This document shows, piece after piece, positions 1 to 10,395 of a DNA stretch of 64,000 nucleotides. Numbering within the stretch: position 1 is the first letter of the stretch; each line of letters starts with the position of its first letter. Both the position numbers and the translations under genes were made by a program. The notes under the pieces are model-generated. The model had not been told where the DNA came from. It did no database searches and was given only the letters and a program-made list of their open reading frames with translations. This DNA comes from Vitreimonas sp. (GTDB lineage Bacteria > Patescibacteriota > Microgenomatia > UBA1400 > PJMF01), in NCBI GenBank assembly GCA_035627515.1, contig DASPLQ010000012.1, positions 7,269 through 71,268 of the forward strand, given 5' to 3'.

Positions 1-1
1 A

Positions 2-1045
2 GCCATCCAAGAAGCTCAGCAACGCTTAGCCAAAATTCAACAAGACCAATCAATTCTCAAAGAAGAAGTCACCGAAGAAGATATCGCTCGTGTCATTTCC
101 CGCTGGACCGGGATACCCACTCAAAAGATGTTGTCTGCTGAAAGTGACAAGCTACTTCAATTGGAGAAAGAGCTCGGAAAACGCGTCATCGGACAAAAAA
201 CAGCTATTACTGCTGTAGCCAACGCAGTTCGCCGCAGTCGGGCTGGCATTCAGGAAGTGAATCGCCCGATTGGTTCGTTTATCTTTTTAGGGCCCACGGG
301 GGTGGGGAAGACAGAGCTGGCGAAAGCTCTTGCTGAGTTCTTATTTAATGATGAAAAATTACTGATCAGAATCGACATGAGCGAGTACATGGAAAAACAT
401 TCTGTAGCCCGGTTGATTGGTTCACCACCGGGGTATGTGGGATATGAAGAAGGAGGACAACTCACCGAGGCAGTCCGGCGCCATCCTTACAGCGTGATTT
501 TGTTTGATGAAATCGAAAAGGCTCATGGCGATGTTTTTAATGTCTTGTTACAAATTCTCGATGATGGCCGGTTGACCGATAGTAAGGGTCGCACTGTTAA
601 TTTTAAAAATACCTTGATCATCATGACTTCTAACCTCGGCAGTGATTTGATTATGATGCATGCCGGCAAGCCAGAAGAGCAACGCATAGCCTTAGAAACT
701 GTGCTAAACCAAACCTTTAGACCAGAGTTCTTAAATCGTGTGGATGAAACTATTATCTTCCAACCACTAAATCCAGAAGAAATTCGAGAAATTGTGTCAC
801 TTCAAATCGCTGAAGTAGCCAAACGTCTGGCTCAAAAAAATATTCAACTGGAAGTTTCTCAATCGTTGATCGACCACTTTGCCACCACCGGGTATGACTT
901 AGTCTTTGGCGCTCGCCCCCTCAAACGTTTAATCCAAAACACGCTCTTGAATGAGCTTTCTAAAGATATCATCGAAGGCAAAATCAAAGATGGCGATGCG
1001 ATCAAAGTTGAGTGGGATGGGAAAAAGATGACCATTCTGACTTAA
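2..1045 (+). CDS. clpB: ATP-dependent chaperone ClpB, C-terminal part (5' truncated by window)
   Basis: Frame is open from position 2 ([19 protein letters not shown]). Second AAA+ domain has [46 protein letters not shown] and FGARPLKR. Confidence 0.93.
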   Translation, partial: AIQEAQQRLAKIQQDQSILKEEVTEEDIARVISRWTGIPTQKMLSAESDKLLQLEKELGKRVIGQKTAITAVANAVRRSRAGIQEVNRPIGSFIFLGPTGVGKTELAKALAEFLFNDEKLLIRIDMSEYMEKHSVARLIGSPPGYVGYEEGGQLTEAVRRHPYSVILFDEIEKAHGDVFNVLLQILDDGRLTDSKGRTVNFKNTLIIMTSNLGSDLIMMHAGKPEEQRIALETVLNQTFRPEFLNRVDETIIFQPLNPEEIREIVSLQIAEVAKRLAQKNIQLEVSQSLIDHFATTGYDLVFGARPLKRLIQNTLLNELSKDIIEGKIKDGDAIKVEWDGKKMTILT

Positions 1046-1210
1046 ACCCATTTTCCCAGTTTGTATGATTTTTGCCAATATTCATACAAGCAAGAGAATT
1101 TTCTATTTTCCACAGTTCTTATTTCGCATTATTTAAATTAACTTTCCGCTGCTTGCTTCTCAATAACTCTGGCTTAGAATATCTTCTAGAATTCTGCCTA
1201 GAAGGAAGCT

Positions 1211-2035
1211 ATGGTAACTCACATTGAAAAGAGAATACAGTCCGTAGAAAAAAACCTAAAGACAGCTGTTGGGTCAGAAAAAATATTCTTACTAAGTTTT
1301 TTAACCAGATTACAATCTGCCGCTGATGCGAGAAGTTATAAAGACGGTCAATTAAAAGACTTAACCCTTAAGCGTGGCCAAGCTATTCCAGACGAAATGA
1401 TTGAAAAGGCTCCCAAATTAAAGCTTACCCCCACCAAATTAATTCCTGCTCTAGAAGCTCACGCTCATAATTTTGTGGAAAGAAATAAAAATCGACACAG
1501 TTTTTATCCCCTTTTTCTCAATTTCATTGATAAACTCTCTGAAATTACAGGAAAAGATCATCCTTACCATTATTTGCTGGCAAAGACTGATGTTAATATG
1601 CGACACTTTGTTAAAACATGGGAGCAGCGTTATAAAACTAACCCCAATCTTGATACACAGATGAAGGGTTTAATAAGCGGCCAAAATAATGATCCGTGCA
1701 TTGAGATAGATGGGGAAAGATATGCTAGGCTTTTATTAGCTGATGACATTAACGTCGATTCTCCATATGGCCAGGGCATGTTAAATCGAATTATTGCCAT
1801 GTTATCTATCGAAGATAATAAGCAGGACACTTATGAATCTATTGAAGCCAAATACTCAGATCCTCCTTATTTACCGAGCACATTTGCTAATTGCTTATTC
1901 CAGGTCAAGCTAGGCTGGGAAGGAAAAAGCAAACGGATGCTTACACTGTTTGTGCCGGCAAAATCATTGGAAGATATGTTTAACTCTGCTAAACAACCAC
2001 TCGTTGAAGAAAAAACTCAAAAAGCTACAGTTTAG
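1211..2035 (+). CDS. hypothetical protein
   Basis: 274-aa ORF with no recognised motif. Confidence 0.7.
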   Translation: MVTHIEKRIQSVEKNLKTAVGSEKIFLLSFLTRLQSAADARSYKDGQLKDLTLKRGQAIPDEMIEKAPKLKLTPTKLIPALEAHAHNFVERNKNRHSFYPLFLNFIDKLSEITGKDHPYHYLLAKTDVNMRHFVKTWEQRYKTNPNLDTQMKGLISGQNNDPCIEIDGERYARLLLADDINVDSPYGQGMLNRIIAMLSIEDNKQDTYESIEAKYSDPPYLPSTFANCLFQVKLGWEGKSKRMLTLFVPAKSLEDMFNSAKQPLVEEKTQKATV

Positions 2036-2065
2036 TAAAGAAAACTCTGTTAATATGTCGTTAAC

Positions 2066-2290
2066 ATGGTCAAACCTCTCTATACAAAACTAAATAAAAG
2101 CCAAGTTCTAAAATTAGCTGACCTTGCTTTTGACCTGAGCAAAGCCTTGCTAATTGCTTCCTTATTAACCCCAATATTAGTGGACAGCTGGCAATTACTT
2201 ACTGCACTGCGAGCCTTTTTATTAGGAATTGGGGCTTTAATTTATGGCCTAAAATTATTAGAATGTAATAGAATTAGAAAGTTTTTATGA
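2066..2290 (+). CDS. small membrane protein (about 2 TM helices)
   Basis: 74 aa with two hydrophobic stretches; stop overlaps next start (ATGA). Confidence 0.6.
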   Translation: MVKPLYTKLNKSQVLKLADLAFDLSKALLIASLLTPILVDSWQLLTALRAFLLGIGALIYGLKLLECNRIRKFL

Positions 2291-2424
2291 CAGTCACAGA
2301 ATTTTTAAATAGTTGGTATACCTTTCTAGCCATTATGTTGTTAGTAGCAGGCATTATTCTTTTTGGTGGTTTAACAGAAGTGGAAGATAAACCAAAAAGT
2401 AAAAAGCCTCATCAGCCTCAGTAA
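2287..2424 (+). CDS. small single-TM protein, 45 aa (absent from ORF track)
   Basis: ATGA overlap with previous ORF; translates MTVTEFLNSWYTFLAIMLLVAGIILFGGLTEVEDKPKSKKPHQPQ. Confidence 0.55.
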   Translation: MTVTEFLNSWYTFLAIMLLVAGIILFGGLTEVEDKPKSKKPHQPQ

Positions 2425-2484
2425 TTTCCTCTGCTGCAAGTTTGAACGGAATGTGTTAAAATTTTGCTCTGTTGGTTTTAAGAT

Positions 2485-2558
2485 GGGTGTATAGCTCAGA
2501 TGGTTAGAGCGCAGTCCTGATAAGACTGAGGTCCTACGTTCGATTCGTAGTACACCCA
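2485..2558 (+). tRNA. tRNA-Ile (GAT)
   Basis: Acceptor GGGTGTA/TACACCC, anticodon arm CAGTC-CTGATAA-GACTG, T-loop TTCGATT. Confidence 0.96.
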
Positions 2559-2597
2559 CCCTGCTTCACTCTCCTCAATTTCTCGTTTTATTTGTTT

Positions 2598-2879
2598 ATG
2601 ACTGATACTCATTCACCTTTATTCACCATCTACACCACCACTTGGTGCGGCGACTGCTGGCGCATTAAACTATGGTTACAAGCCAATAATTACCTCGAGG
2701 GCAAAGCTTTTCAAGAAATTAACATCGAAGACGATGAAGTGGCAGCCGAGAAGGTGATAGAGATTAATAATGGGTATCGCTCTGTACCTACGTTGGTATT
2801 TAACGATGGTAGTACCCTCACTGAACCAAGTGTAATGGAGTTAGAAAAAAAACTAGCCACCTTGGCAAAATCCACGTAA
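2598..2879 (+). CDS. glutaredoxin-like protein (mycoredoxin/NrdH type)
   Basis: YTTTWCGDC CxxC motif; NGYRSVPTLVF; LTEPS. Confidence 0.85.
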   Translation: MTDTHSPLFTIYTTTWCGDCWRIKLWLQANNYLEGKAFQEINIEDDEVAAEKVIEINNGYRSVPTLVFNDGSTLTEPSVMELEKKLATLAKST

Positions 2880-2962
2880 CCCAAAGCTGTTCTCTTGATA
2901 TTCGGTAGCACATCTGATTCCCACTTGCCAATTAGCAGTCAAACAGCTAGAATGCTAATCGT

Positions 2963-5554
2963 ATGATTGATGATCAACAAAAACCCAACCAACCTGACAC
3001 ACCTGAAACTGCTAACAATCCTCAAGATAATAAAGCTGAGACACAGCAGGAACAGATCATTTTTAGTCCAGAACACAAAGCCCAAAAACAAACCGAGTCT
3101 GCCACTCAAAGTGAGGCCAAGGTGCACACTACTCCCAAAGCCGCTGCTGAACCTAAAGCGAGTACTGAAAAGGCCAGTACTGAGAATGAGACCGATCAAC
3201 CTCTCAAGGCCTTAACTCCTGCTAATCAGTTGGTATTACCAGTGGTGCCTATTCGCGAAGGCGTGCTCTTTCCTAGTACCGAATCTGTTTTAACCTTCGG
3301 TCGTGACATTTCCGTCAATGCCATTCAAGAATCCCTCAAAACTCAAAACATGGTGGTACTGGTCACTCAGCGCAAAGCTTCAGTCAATAACCCTGAACCT
3401 TCAGATTTATATACCATTGCGACGCTAGCAGTGGTCGAGCGGACCCTCAATACTGACGACCAAGTCAATGCTTTAGTCCGTGGCGTGGGGCGGGTAGAGA
3501 TTATTCGCTACATCAAAACCAATCCCAACTTAGTAGCACAAGTCATCAAGATAGAGGACACAAACACCCGCGATGAAGAGCAACGTGCCTTAGCTAACCA
3601 TCTCCAAAAAGAGTTTCGCCGCGCCATTCACATGGGCAAACCTGTGGAGTTTTTAAACTTCATGAAATTAATGAGCGGCGTCACAGATGGCGAACTGGTG
3701 GACCAAATCGCAAGTACACTCAACGTCAAAACCAAAGAGAAACAACACATCTTAGAAACGCTCGATGTCAAAGAGCGAATGCGGATGGTGATTGAACACC
3801 TCAATCGTGAGCTGAAGGTCATGGAGATTGAAAAAGACGTGGTCCATAAGACTCAAGCTAAGTTTGACAAACACATGCGGGAAAATGTCTTGCGCGAGCG
3901 TTTGAAAACAATTCAAAAAGAGTTAGGGGAACTCGATGATGATGAAGAAGTGATTGGTGAGTATGAGCAAAAACTCAAGAAAACCAAGTTTCCCGCCGAA
4001 GTCAAAGACAAAGTCGCTAAAGAAATTCGCCGTCTCAAACAAATGTCGGTTAATAATCCTGAAGCCGGCTACATTCGCAGCTGGTTAGATACGATATTTG
4101 AGTTGCCGTGGGGTATCTATGCCGATGACACAGTTAATTTAGACACCGCTGAAAGTGTCCTTCACAAAAATCACTATGGCTTGAAAGACGTCAAAGATCG
4201 GATTCTCGAGTTTATTGCCGTGATGCAACTCAAGCAAAAAGATCCTAAAGCTGATAAAGGCAAAAAAGTCCTGCCGACTATTTTATGTTTCGTAGGTCCT
4301 CCAGGTGTGGGTAAAACGAGTATCGGTAAATCAATTGCTGAAGCCTTGGGGCGTAAGTTCACTAAAGTTTCTTTAGGTGGCGTGCGTGATGAGGCTGAGA
4401 TTCGTGGTCACCGCCGGACCTACGTCGGAGCCATGCCTGGTCGTATCATCAGCGGTATCAAACAAGCTAAAAGCAGCAATCCTGTCTTTATGCTTGATGA
4501 AATTGATAAGCTGGGAACTGATTTCCGCGGTGATCCGTCAGCCGCGTTATTGGAAGCCCTTGATCCAGAACAAAACCATACCTTTGAAGATCATTACTTA
4601 GACGTCCCCTATGATTTGTCACAAGTAGTGTTTATCACCACCGCTAATACGCTGGAAACTATTCCACCTGCCTTACGCGATCGGTTGGAGATCATTCGGT
4701 ATGCTGGCTACACGGCTGACGAAAAGTTTCATATTGGTAAAGAATACTTAGTGCCCAAAGTCACTACATCCAATGCCATTCCCGCCGAAGCCGTGGTTGT
4801 CAGTGATGACATTTTAAAAACAATTATTGATCGTTACACTAAAGAAGCGGGAGTACGGTCGCTGGAGCGTAATTTGAGCAAAGTGATGCGCAAAGCCGCC
4901 CGCGAAATTGTCCATGATCATGAAGCAACCAAAATCATGATCGATATAAAAAAACTCCAAGATTACTTGGGCCCTGAAGAATATGATGTCACCTTGACCG
5001 AGCTTGATGATCAGGTGGGGTTGGCAACGGGCTTGGCTTGGACCTCGGTGGGAGGGGATGTCTTGTTCATTGAAGTCGCTTTGACTCCCGGCAAAGGTCA
5101 AGTTAAGTTGACTGGCAAACTGGGTGACGTGATGAAAGAGTCTGCTCAAGCGGCACTGACATTTGTCAAAGCCAATGCTTCTAAGCTTGGTATTAAATCG
5201 AGTGTAATTAACAAAACTGACATCCACATCCACGTGCCCGAGGGCGCTGTACCCAAGGATGGTCCCTCAGCTGGTATTACCATGACCACGGCAATTGTGT
5301 CAGCATTTACTCAAAAACCAGTCAAGCGCGAAGTGGCCATGACCGGTGAGGTTACCCTCCGAGGCCGTGTTTTGCGTATTGGCGGTTTGAAAGAGAAGAG
5401 TATTGCTGCTCACCGAGCCGGTAGCCAAATTGTCTTAATTCCTAAAGATAATGAACGAGACTTAGTTGAAGTGCCAGACAGTGTCAAAAAGGACATTACC
5501 TTCAAACCGGTAGCTCATATGGATGAAGTGTTGAAGTTAGCGCTAAAAAACTAA
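2963..5554 (+). CDS. lon: ATP-dependent Lon protease
   Basis: GPPGVGKTS Walker A; RGHRRTYVGAMPG; catalytic PKDGPSAG; IGGLKEK. Confidence 0.97.
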   Translation: MIDDQQKPNQPDTPETANNPQDNKAETQQEQIIFSPEHKAQKQTESATQSEAKVHTTPKAAAEPKASTEKASTENETDQPLKALTPANQLVLPVVPIREGVLFPSTESVLTFGRDISVNAIQESLKTQNMVVLVTQRKASVNNPEPSDLYTIATLAVVERTLNTDDQVNALVRGVGRVEIIRYIKTNPNLVAQVIKIEDTNTRDEEQRALANHLQKEFRRAIHMGKPVEFLNFMKLMSGVTDGELVDQIASTLNVKTKEKQHILETLDVKERMRMVIEHLNRELKVMEIEKDVVHKTQAKFDKHMRENVLRERLKTIQKELGELDDDEEVIGEYEQKLKKTKFPAEVKDKVAKEIRRLKQMSVNNPEAGYIRSWLDTIFELPWGIYADDTVNLDTAESVLHKNHYGLKDVKDRILEFIAVMQLKQKDPKADKGKKVLPTILCFVGPPGVGKTSIGKSIAEALGRKFTKVSLGGVRDEAEIRGHRRTYVGAMPGRIISGIKQAKSSNPVFMLDEIDKLGTDFRGDPSAALLEALDPEQNHTFEDHYLDVPYDLSQVVFITTANTLETIPPALRDRLEIIRYAGYTADEKFHIGKEYLVPKVTTSNAIPAEAVVVSDDILKTIIDRYTKEAGVRSLERNLSKVMRKAAREIVHDHEATKIMIDIKKLQDYLGPEEYDVTLTELDDQVGLATGLAWTSVGGDVLFIEVALTPGKGQVKLTGKLGDVMKESAQAALTFVKANASKLGIKSSVINKTDIHIHVPEGAVPKDGPSAGITMTTAIVSAFTQKPVKREVAMTGEVTLRGRVLRIGGLKEKSIAAHRAGSQIVLIPKDNERDLVEVPDSVKKDITFKPVAHMDEVLKLALKN

Positions 5555-5612
5555 ACCTAAGCTTCATACTCTCTAGCTGGCATCACCCAACCTAACCTGG
5601 TACACTTGAGGA

Positions 5613-6545
5613 ATGCGAAAATATGTGTCACTCGTGTTAATCGTGGTGGCGAGTTGCTTTTTGTCAGCGTGTAATCCCCTGGATGTTAAAAAAAAAGCCG
5701 GGTTGTACGTTTTGACTAACGATATCCCGAGTTCGCTCTTTCTAGATGGGCAATACTTAGATAAAACGCCCTTTATTGATAAAAATATTAAACCGGGAAC
5801 CTATACTCTCCGCATCCAGCCTGAGGATGCTAGCCTCACAGCTCATGAAACAACAGTCACACTTGAAAAAGGTTTACTGACAGTAGTGATTTGGAAGCCC
5901 GGTGCCCGACCCGAACTGAGTGGTGGCGTCATGTATGAGATGAAAAAACTGAAGTCCTCTAAGGAAACCGAGGTCTCGATCGTCACCATTCCTGATGGGG
6001 GTATCGTTCGCATTGATCAACAACCTACTGATTTTGCACCTTTGTTGAAAAGTGATTTAAGCGAAGGACCTCATGAATTTGAAGTCAGTTTGCCAAGTTA
6101 TGAAACCCAGAAACACACTATTAATTTAACCGCTGGACACCGGATTAACGTCACGGTTAAACTCGCCAAAAATCCCACTCCTGGCAGTGAAACCACACCT
6201 GGTACTCCACCAGCTTCGGGTTCAGCAGCACCTACTTCTCGGACCGCACCTCCCGCTACTCCCACCAGCTTACCCATCGTAAATACACCTACCGCTACAC
6301 GCTCCGCCCGAGCCGCCACTGTCACTGGCCCCCGAGTCAAAATTCTAGCTACTAATTTTTTCCAAAATGGTGCCGAGGTTTTACGCGTCAGAAGTGCAGC
6401 TTCCAGCGCTGGAGCTGAACTTGGTTTTGCGCCTGTTGGTTCAGAGTATTCATATACCGGGGTCTCCCAAGCCGGCTGGCATCAAATTACATTCGAAGGC
6501 CAAGAGGGCTGGGTGAGTCAAAATTTTAGTGAGTTATTAAATTAA
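5613..6545 (+). CDS. putative lipoprotein with PEGA domains, Pro/Thr linker and C-terminal SH3-like domain
   Basis: Lipobox-like FLSAC; PEGA-like repeats (LFLDGQYLDKTP, SIVTIPDG); LRVRSAAS...GWHQI...GWVS. Confidence 0.75.
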   Translation: MRKYVSLVLIVVASCFLSACNPLDVKKKAGLYVLTNDIPSSLFLDGQYLDKTPFIDKNIKPGTYTLRIQPEDASLTAHETTVTLEKGLLTVVIWKPGARPELSGGVMYEMKKLKSSKETEVSIVTIPDGGIVRIDQQPTDFAPLLKSDLSEGPHEFEVSLPSYETQKHTINLTAGHRINVTVKLAKNPTPGSETTPGTPPASGSAAPTSRTAPPATPTSLPIVNTPTATRSARAATVTGPRVKILATNFFQNGAEVLRVRSAASSAGAELGFAPVGSEYSYTGVSQAGWHQITFEGQEGWVSQNFSELLN

Positions 6546-6554
6546 GATCAGTCT

Positions 6555-8417
6555 ATGGTGGTGTGGCTCCTTCTTTCAGCTTGGCTATTAGGCATACTTA
6601 TTGCCAAGTGGTGGCTACCTGATTTTTCTGGGCTAGCTAAGATCACCATTGGACACGTTTTAGGTGTCATTATTGTCAGCTGGCTGACATTGTTAAGTGT
6701 GGCGTGTTGTGGCTATTCCGGGGGTATTTACCTGGCGGCAACTGTCCAGACACTGATCTTGATCGGGTGGGGGAGCTACACAATCCGGACCTGGCACCAA
6801 AGTCGACAGTCACAGCTAAAACTTAAAAAAGTGTGGTCCAAACTTGACGCCTCGCTAATCTCCTTCACTCTCTTTTGGAGCCTGATCCTGGTACCCCTGT
6901 TTGTGACCCGGATGTTTTTGGTGAGAGCCGATGGTTGGTACTCGGGAGGGGGAAGCTGGGCAGATCTGGCTTTACACAGCACCCAGATTTCCTTTTTTGC
7001 ACAGCAATCGACGTTGGATCTTCGTAACCCCATTTTTGTGACCTCAAACCTAACGTATCCTTTTTTAATTAATTTTTATACAAGTCTTTGGGTGCGAGCG
7101 GGCTTGACTCTACCTAGCTCGTTATTGTTAAGTGGTCTTAGCTTAGTCCTGAGTTTAATCATTATTTTTCACGAAGTTTTACGTAAAGTCTTAAAATCTG
7201 CCACGCCAGTCTGGCTGTGGAGTTTATTATTTTTTTTCAATGGCGGGTTGGGGTGGTTGAGTGTTTTTTCTGGTCAAGAAAGTGTGGTGACGCGTGACGT
7301 TACTAACTGGTCTGAACATGGTTATTACTGGACAAATATCATCACTACGTATCTTCTACCTCAACGTGGTTGGTTAATTGGTTTGCCACTATATGGCTTG
7401 TGTCTGTGGGCATGGTGGGAGGTCTGGCATAAACCTGCCACTCAACAGCGTCAGCTACTAATAATGGCGGCGTTGATTGGGAGCTTACCGCTGTTTCATT
7501 TTCACACATTTTTAGTTTTGATCGGCCTCAGCATCGGTTTAGGAAGCTGCTTATGGTGGCAGCGAAAAATCTCACCTTCTGTAGCAGGAGGAGCGGGGCT
7601 GATCATAGTAATGTTGAGCGTTCCACAACTGTGGTGGCAACTCACTCAAGGTGGCTCAACCCATTTTGTGTCATGGCACCCAGGCTGGCTGGTGGAGGAG
7701 GAGGGCTTACTGTGGTTTTGGTTGAAAAATGTCGGAGTATTTTTACCCATTTTGGGCCTAGCAACAGGGTGGCTCTTTTTACGGTCTAAAAACAGTTTTT
7801 GGCAAGCAACAATGAGTCTATCTCTGATTAGTTTTATGATCGTGAATCTGATTAGTTTGCAACCTTATTTGTGGGATAACATGAAAATCATGCTCCTAAA
7901 CTATGCACTCTTCTGCGCGGTTTGTAGCCTTTACTTAGCAGATAGCTGGGCTACTAAACCGTGGGCGAAAGGAGTGGTACCGTTTATTGTAATCATGTGT
8001 TGCCTGAGTGGAGTAATGTCTGTCCTCCATGAGAGCCGAACGCAGTGGCAAATCGCCTCACCACTAGAACTAGAAGTAGCTACGCTGATTAAAACACACA
8101 CGCCGCCAGGGAGTACTTTCCTCATTGCCCCCAGTCATAAACATCTAGTGCCAATGATAGCAGGGCGACCAGTAGTGATGGGGTACCCGGGGTGGTTGTG
8201 GACCCACGGCTACGAGTATCAGAACATCGAAAAAGATGTGGCTACAATGTATCAAGGTGAGAAAAACGCCTCACAACTACTTCACACGTATGGTGTACAG
8301 TATATTTTTGTGGGGCCAGATGAGAAGAATGCATGGAAAGTAAATGAAGGATTTTTAAATGCTCAGTTTCCTGTTATTGTAGAACACGGCCAGTATCGAA
8401 TTTACCAAGTATTATGA
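6555..8417 (+). CDS. polytopic membrane protein, probable GT-C-fold glycosyltransferase
   Basis: Many TM segments; WADLALH, YPFLINF, LLPQR and GYPGWLWTHG motifs. Confidence 0.6.
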   Translation: MVVWLLLSAWLLGILIAKWWLPDFSGLAKITIGHVLGVIIVSWLTLLSVACCGYSGGIYLAATVQTLILIGWGSYTIRTWHQSRQSQLKLKKVWSKLDASLISFTLFWSLILVPLFVTRMFLVRADGWYSGGGSWADLALHSTQISFFAQQSTLDLRNPIFVTSNLTYPFLINFYTSLWVRAGLTLPSSLLLSGLSLVLSLIIIFHEVLRKVLKSATPVWLWSLLFFFNGGLGWLSVFSGQESVVTRDVTNWSEHGYYWTNIITTYLLPQRGWLIGLPLYGLCLWAWWEVWHKPATQQRQLLIMAALIGSLPLFHFHTFLVLIGLSIGLGSCLWWQRKISPSVAGGAGLIIVMLSVPQLWWQLTQGGSTHFVSWHPGWLVEEEGLLWFWLKNVGVFLPILGLATGWLFLRSKNSFWQATMSLSLISFMIVNLISLQPYLWDNMKIMLLNYALFCAVCSLYLADSWATKPWAKGVVPFIVIMCCLSGVMSVLHESRTQWQIASPLELEVATLIKTHTPPGSTFLIAPSHKHLVPMIAGRPVVMGYPGWLWTHGYEYQNIEKDVATMYQGEKNASQLLHTYGVQYIFVGPDEKNAWKVNEGFLNAQFPVIVEHGQYRIYQVL

Positions 8418-9679
8418 AAAAAAAGCTTCCTCCCACTCCCAGTATTAGCGCCACTCTCATGACTCGCCTCAGTCTATGGACCTTTGCTTTAGGAATGACG
8501 GCTATCACGCTGTTTGGCTTTCATTATGCCTGGAAATTTCACATGATGGTGGATGGCTATTTTGCTTTTTATGACCGAGCCGAGTACTTTCTAAAACATG
8601 GCAACTTAACCAATGTGCCCTTTAATGAATACCAACCGGGCGCTATTTTTTACTTTGTTTTTTTATCACCTGTTCTCCTGCTCGATAATACTCGCGATAC
8701 TTTTTTATTAGCCTTGGTGATGAGTAATATTTTATTATTACTCGGCTATGCCTGGTGGCTCTATAAATCTGTTCATCCTGTAGCGGTTTTTATTTTAGGT
8801 TTGCTGTTGTGGTGTGGCGGGCCCTTAATTTTATATCGCTTCGAGTTGTACTGTCATTTAATTGTACTAGCGGGTGTAATGCTGAATTACCAGGGCAAGC
8901 GAGGGTGGGGAGAGTACTTTTTAGGCTTGGCCACAGCCATCAAAGTCTATCCTGTGTTATTACTCCCGCTCTTTTTACGCTCAGCGTTGCTGACCAAAAA
9001 ACCAGTGGAAGTAGCTGCACGGCTAACAGGTTTTGGGTTGGGAATATTGACAGTGGTAATTGCGTATGTAAACGTTTTCCAAGTTCCTTTTGCTGATGTC
9101 TGGAAAAACGTGATTGTTCACTCAGATAAACCAGTCCATATCGAAAGTCTGAGCGGCTCGCTGACGACACTAGTCACGTATATTTCAGGAGAACAGCCTG
9201 GGCTTCATAGTTATTTGATTCACGGGGTAGCTACGCGTGAACTCCTGGTTCCCAAATGGATTTACACCTATCTATGGTTACTGCCGTTGGGAGTAGTCTA
9301 TGGCTGGCTTTTTTATCGCCAGCGCCGATTACCTCAACCATTGCTCTTAGAGTACGTGGGCGTCCTGGCTGTATTTTTAGCGTTTGCCAGTCAAATGGGC
9401 CCTCAATATATTTATTGGTATGCCTTGTTTCTACCCTTATTGGGACAACAGGTGTGGGAAAATCCTCAGCGGTATGGAAGAATGTTTTTTTGGCTTTGTT
9501 TTACGCTGGTTGTCACGCAAGCTGTTTTTCCACTTTATTACAGTGATCTATTGAACTTTTATGCTGATAAACAGCGCCTGACACCCTTTTATTTATTGCT
9601 GATTCGCAACTTGGGAGTAGCCTTGACCACCTATCAGTTACTTAAGCTGTTGTGGCTGCAGCCGTCACCAAAGCGCTAA
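8414..9679 (+). CDS. GT87/DUF2029-like membrane glycosyltransferase
   Basis: EYQPGA, YRFE, AIKVYP, HIES and PQYIYW motifs; multi-TM; ATGA coupling to upstream gene. Confidence 0.65.
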   Translation: MKKKLPPTPSISATLMTRLSLWTFALGMTAITLFGFHYAWKFHMMVDGYFAFYDRAEYFLKHGNLTNVPFNEYQPGAIFYFVFLSPVLLLDNTRDTFLLALVMSNILLLLGYAWWLYKSVHPVAVFILGLLLWCGGPLILYRFELYCHLIVLAGVMLNYQGKRGWGEYFLGLATAIKVYPVLLLPLFLRSALLTKKPVEVAARLTGFGLGILTVVIAYVNVFQVPFADVWKNVIVHSDKPVHIESLSGSLTTLVTYISGEQPGLHSYLIHGVATRELLVPKWIYTYLWLLPLGVVYGWLFYRQRRLPQPLLLEYVGVLAVFLAFASQMGPQYIYWYALFLPLLGQQVWENPQRYGRMFFWLCFTLVVTQAVFPLYYSDLLNFYADKQRLTPFYLLLIRNLGVALTTYQLLKLLWLQPSPKR

Positions 9680-10337
9680 AATCTGTCGCAGCTAAAGACT
9701 TGTGGCCGACTAAAACACCATCCGTGACTGCTAAGTAACTTTGGACATTTTCCGCCGCCGCACTCCCGCCATAAATGACACGGATGTTACCAAAATACTG
9801 GCGAACTTTAGCTACCACCGGCGCTACTTCCTCGGCCGGTTGATTGCGGTCATTGCCAATAGCTTCGATTGGCTCGTACGCCACCACGCACTTAGTGAGC
9901 AACTCTTGTGGAATCGCTGCGGCTTGAGTAATTAAGTACTCATCATCTAAACACACAATCGGAGTGATACCAGCTTTGACTGCTTGCTCCACTTTATTGG
10001 CGACTTGTTGGTGCGTTTCATGGAAATATCGACGCCGTTCAGAGTGACCAACAATCGCATATTTCACTGGTAAACCCTGAAGATTTTCTGTAGCGATCGC
10101 ACCGGTGTATGAACCCGGTCCAAACGGACTTAGGTCTTGAACACCTAAACCCAGAGGTAATTTCAGCGCTGAGATGGCTTCACTGATTGGCCATAAAAGG
10201 GAACTGGGCGGTGCCAAAATCACCTGAAGAGCAGTACTGTGAGCAGAGCTCGATTTCGCATAGGCTTCTAACCAGTTTTTCGCTTCAGCTACATCTTTAT
10301 GTGATTTCCAATTGGCTACGATTAACTTGGTATTCAT
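9642..10337 (-). CDS. tpiA: triosephosphate isomerase
   Basis: ANWKS, GSYTGA, IVGHSERR, AYEPIEAIG, IYGGS, DGVLVG; start placed at MNTKLIV. Confidence 0.95.
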   Translation of the reverse strand: MNTKLIVANWKSHKDVAEAKNWLEAYAKSSSAHSTALQVILAPPSSLLWPISEAISALKLPLGLGVQDLSPFGPGSYTGAIATENLQGLPVKYAIVGHSERRRYFHETHQQVANKVEQAVKAGITPIVCLDDEYLITQAAAIPQELLTKCVVAYEPIEAIGNDRNQPAEEVAPVVAKVRQYFGNIRVIYGGSAAAENVQSYLAVTDGVLVGHKSLAATDFSALVTAAATTA

Positions 10338-10395
10338 ACTGCCCTCCTGATTCAATGGTACCATACCACCTTCGGATTGTGTTAGGATTATTTTT

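Noticed and set aside
2371-2559. 62-aa minus-strand ORF
   Set aside because: Antisense reading of tRNA-Ile
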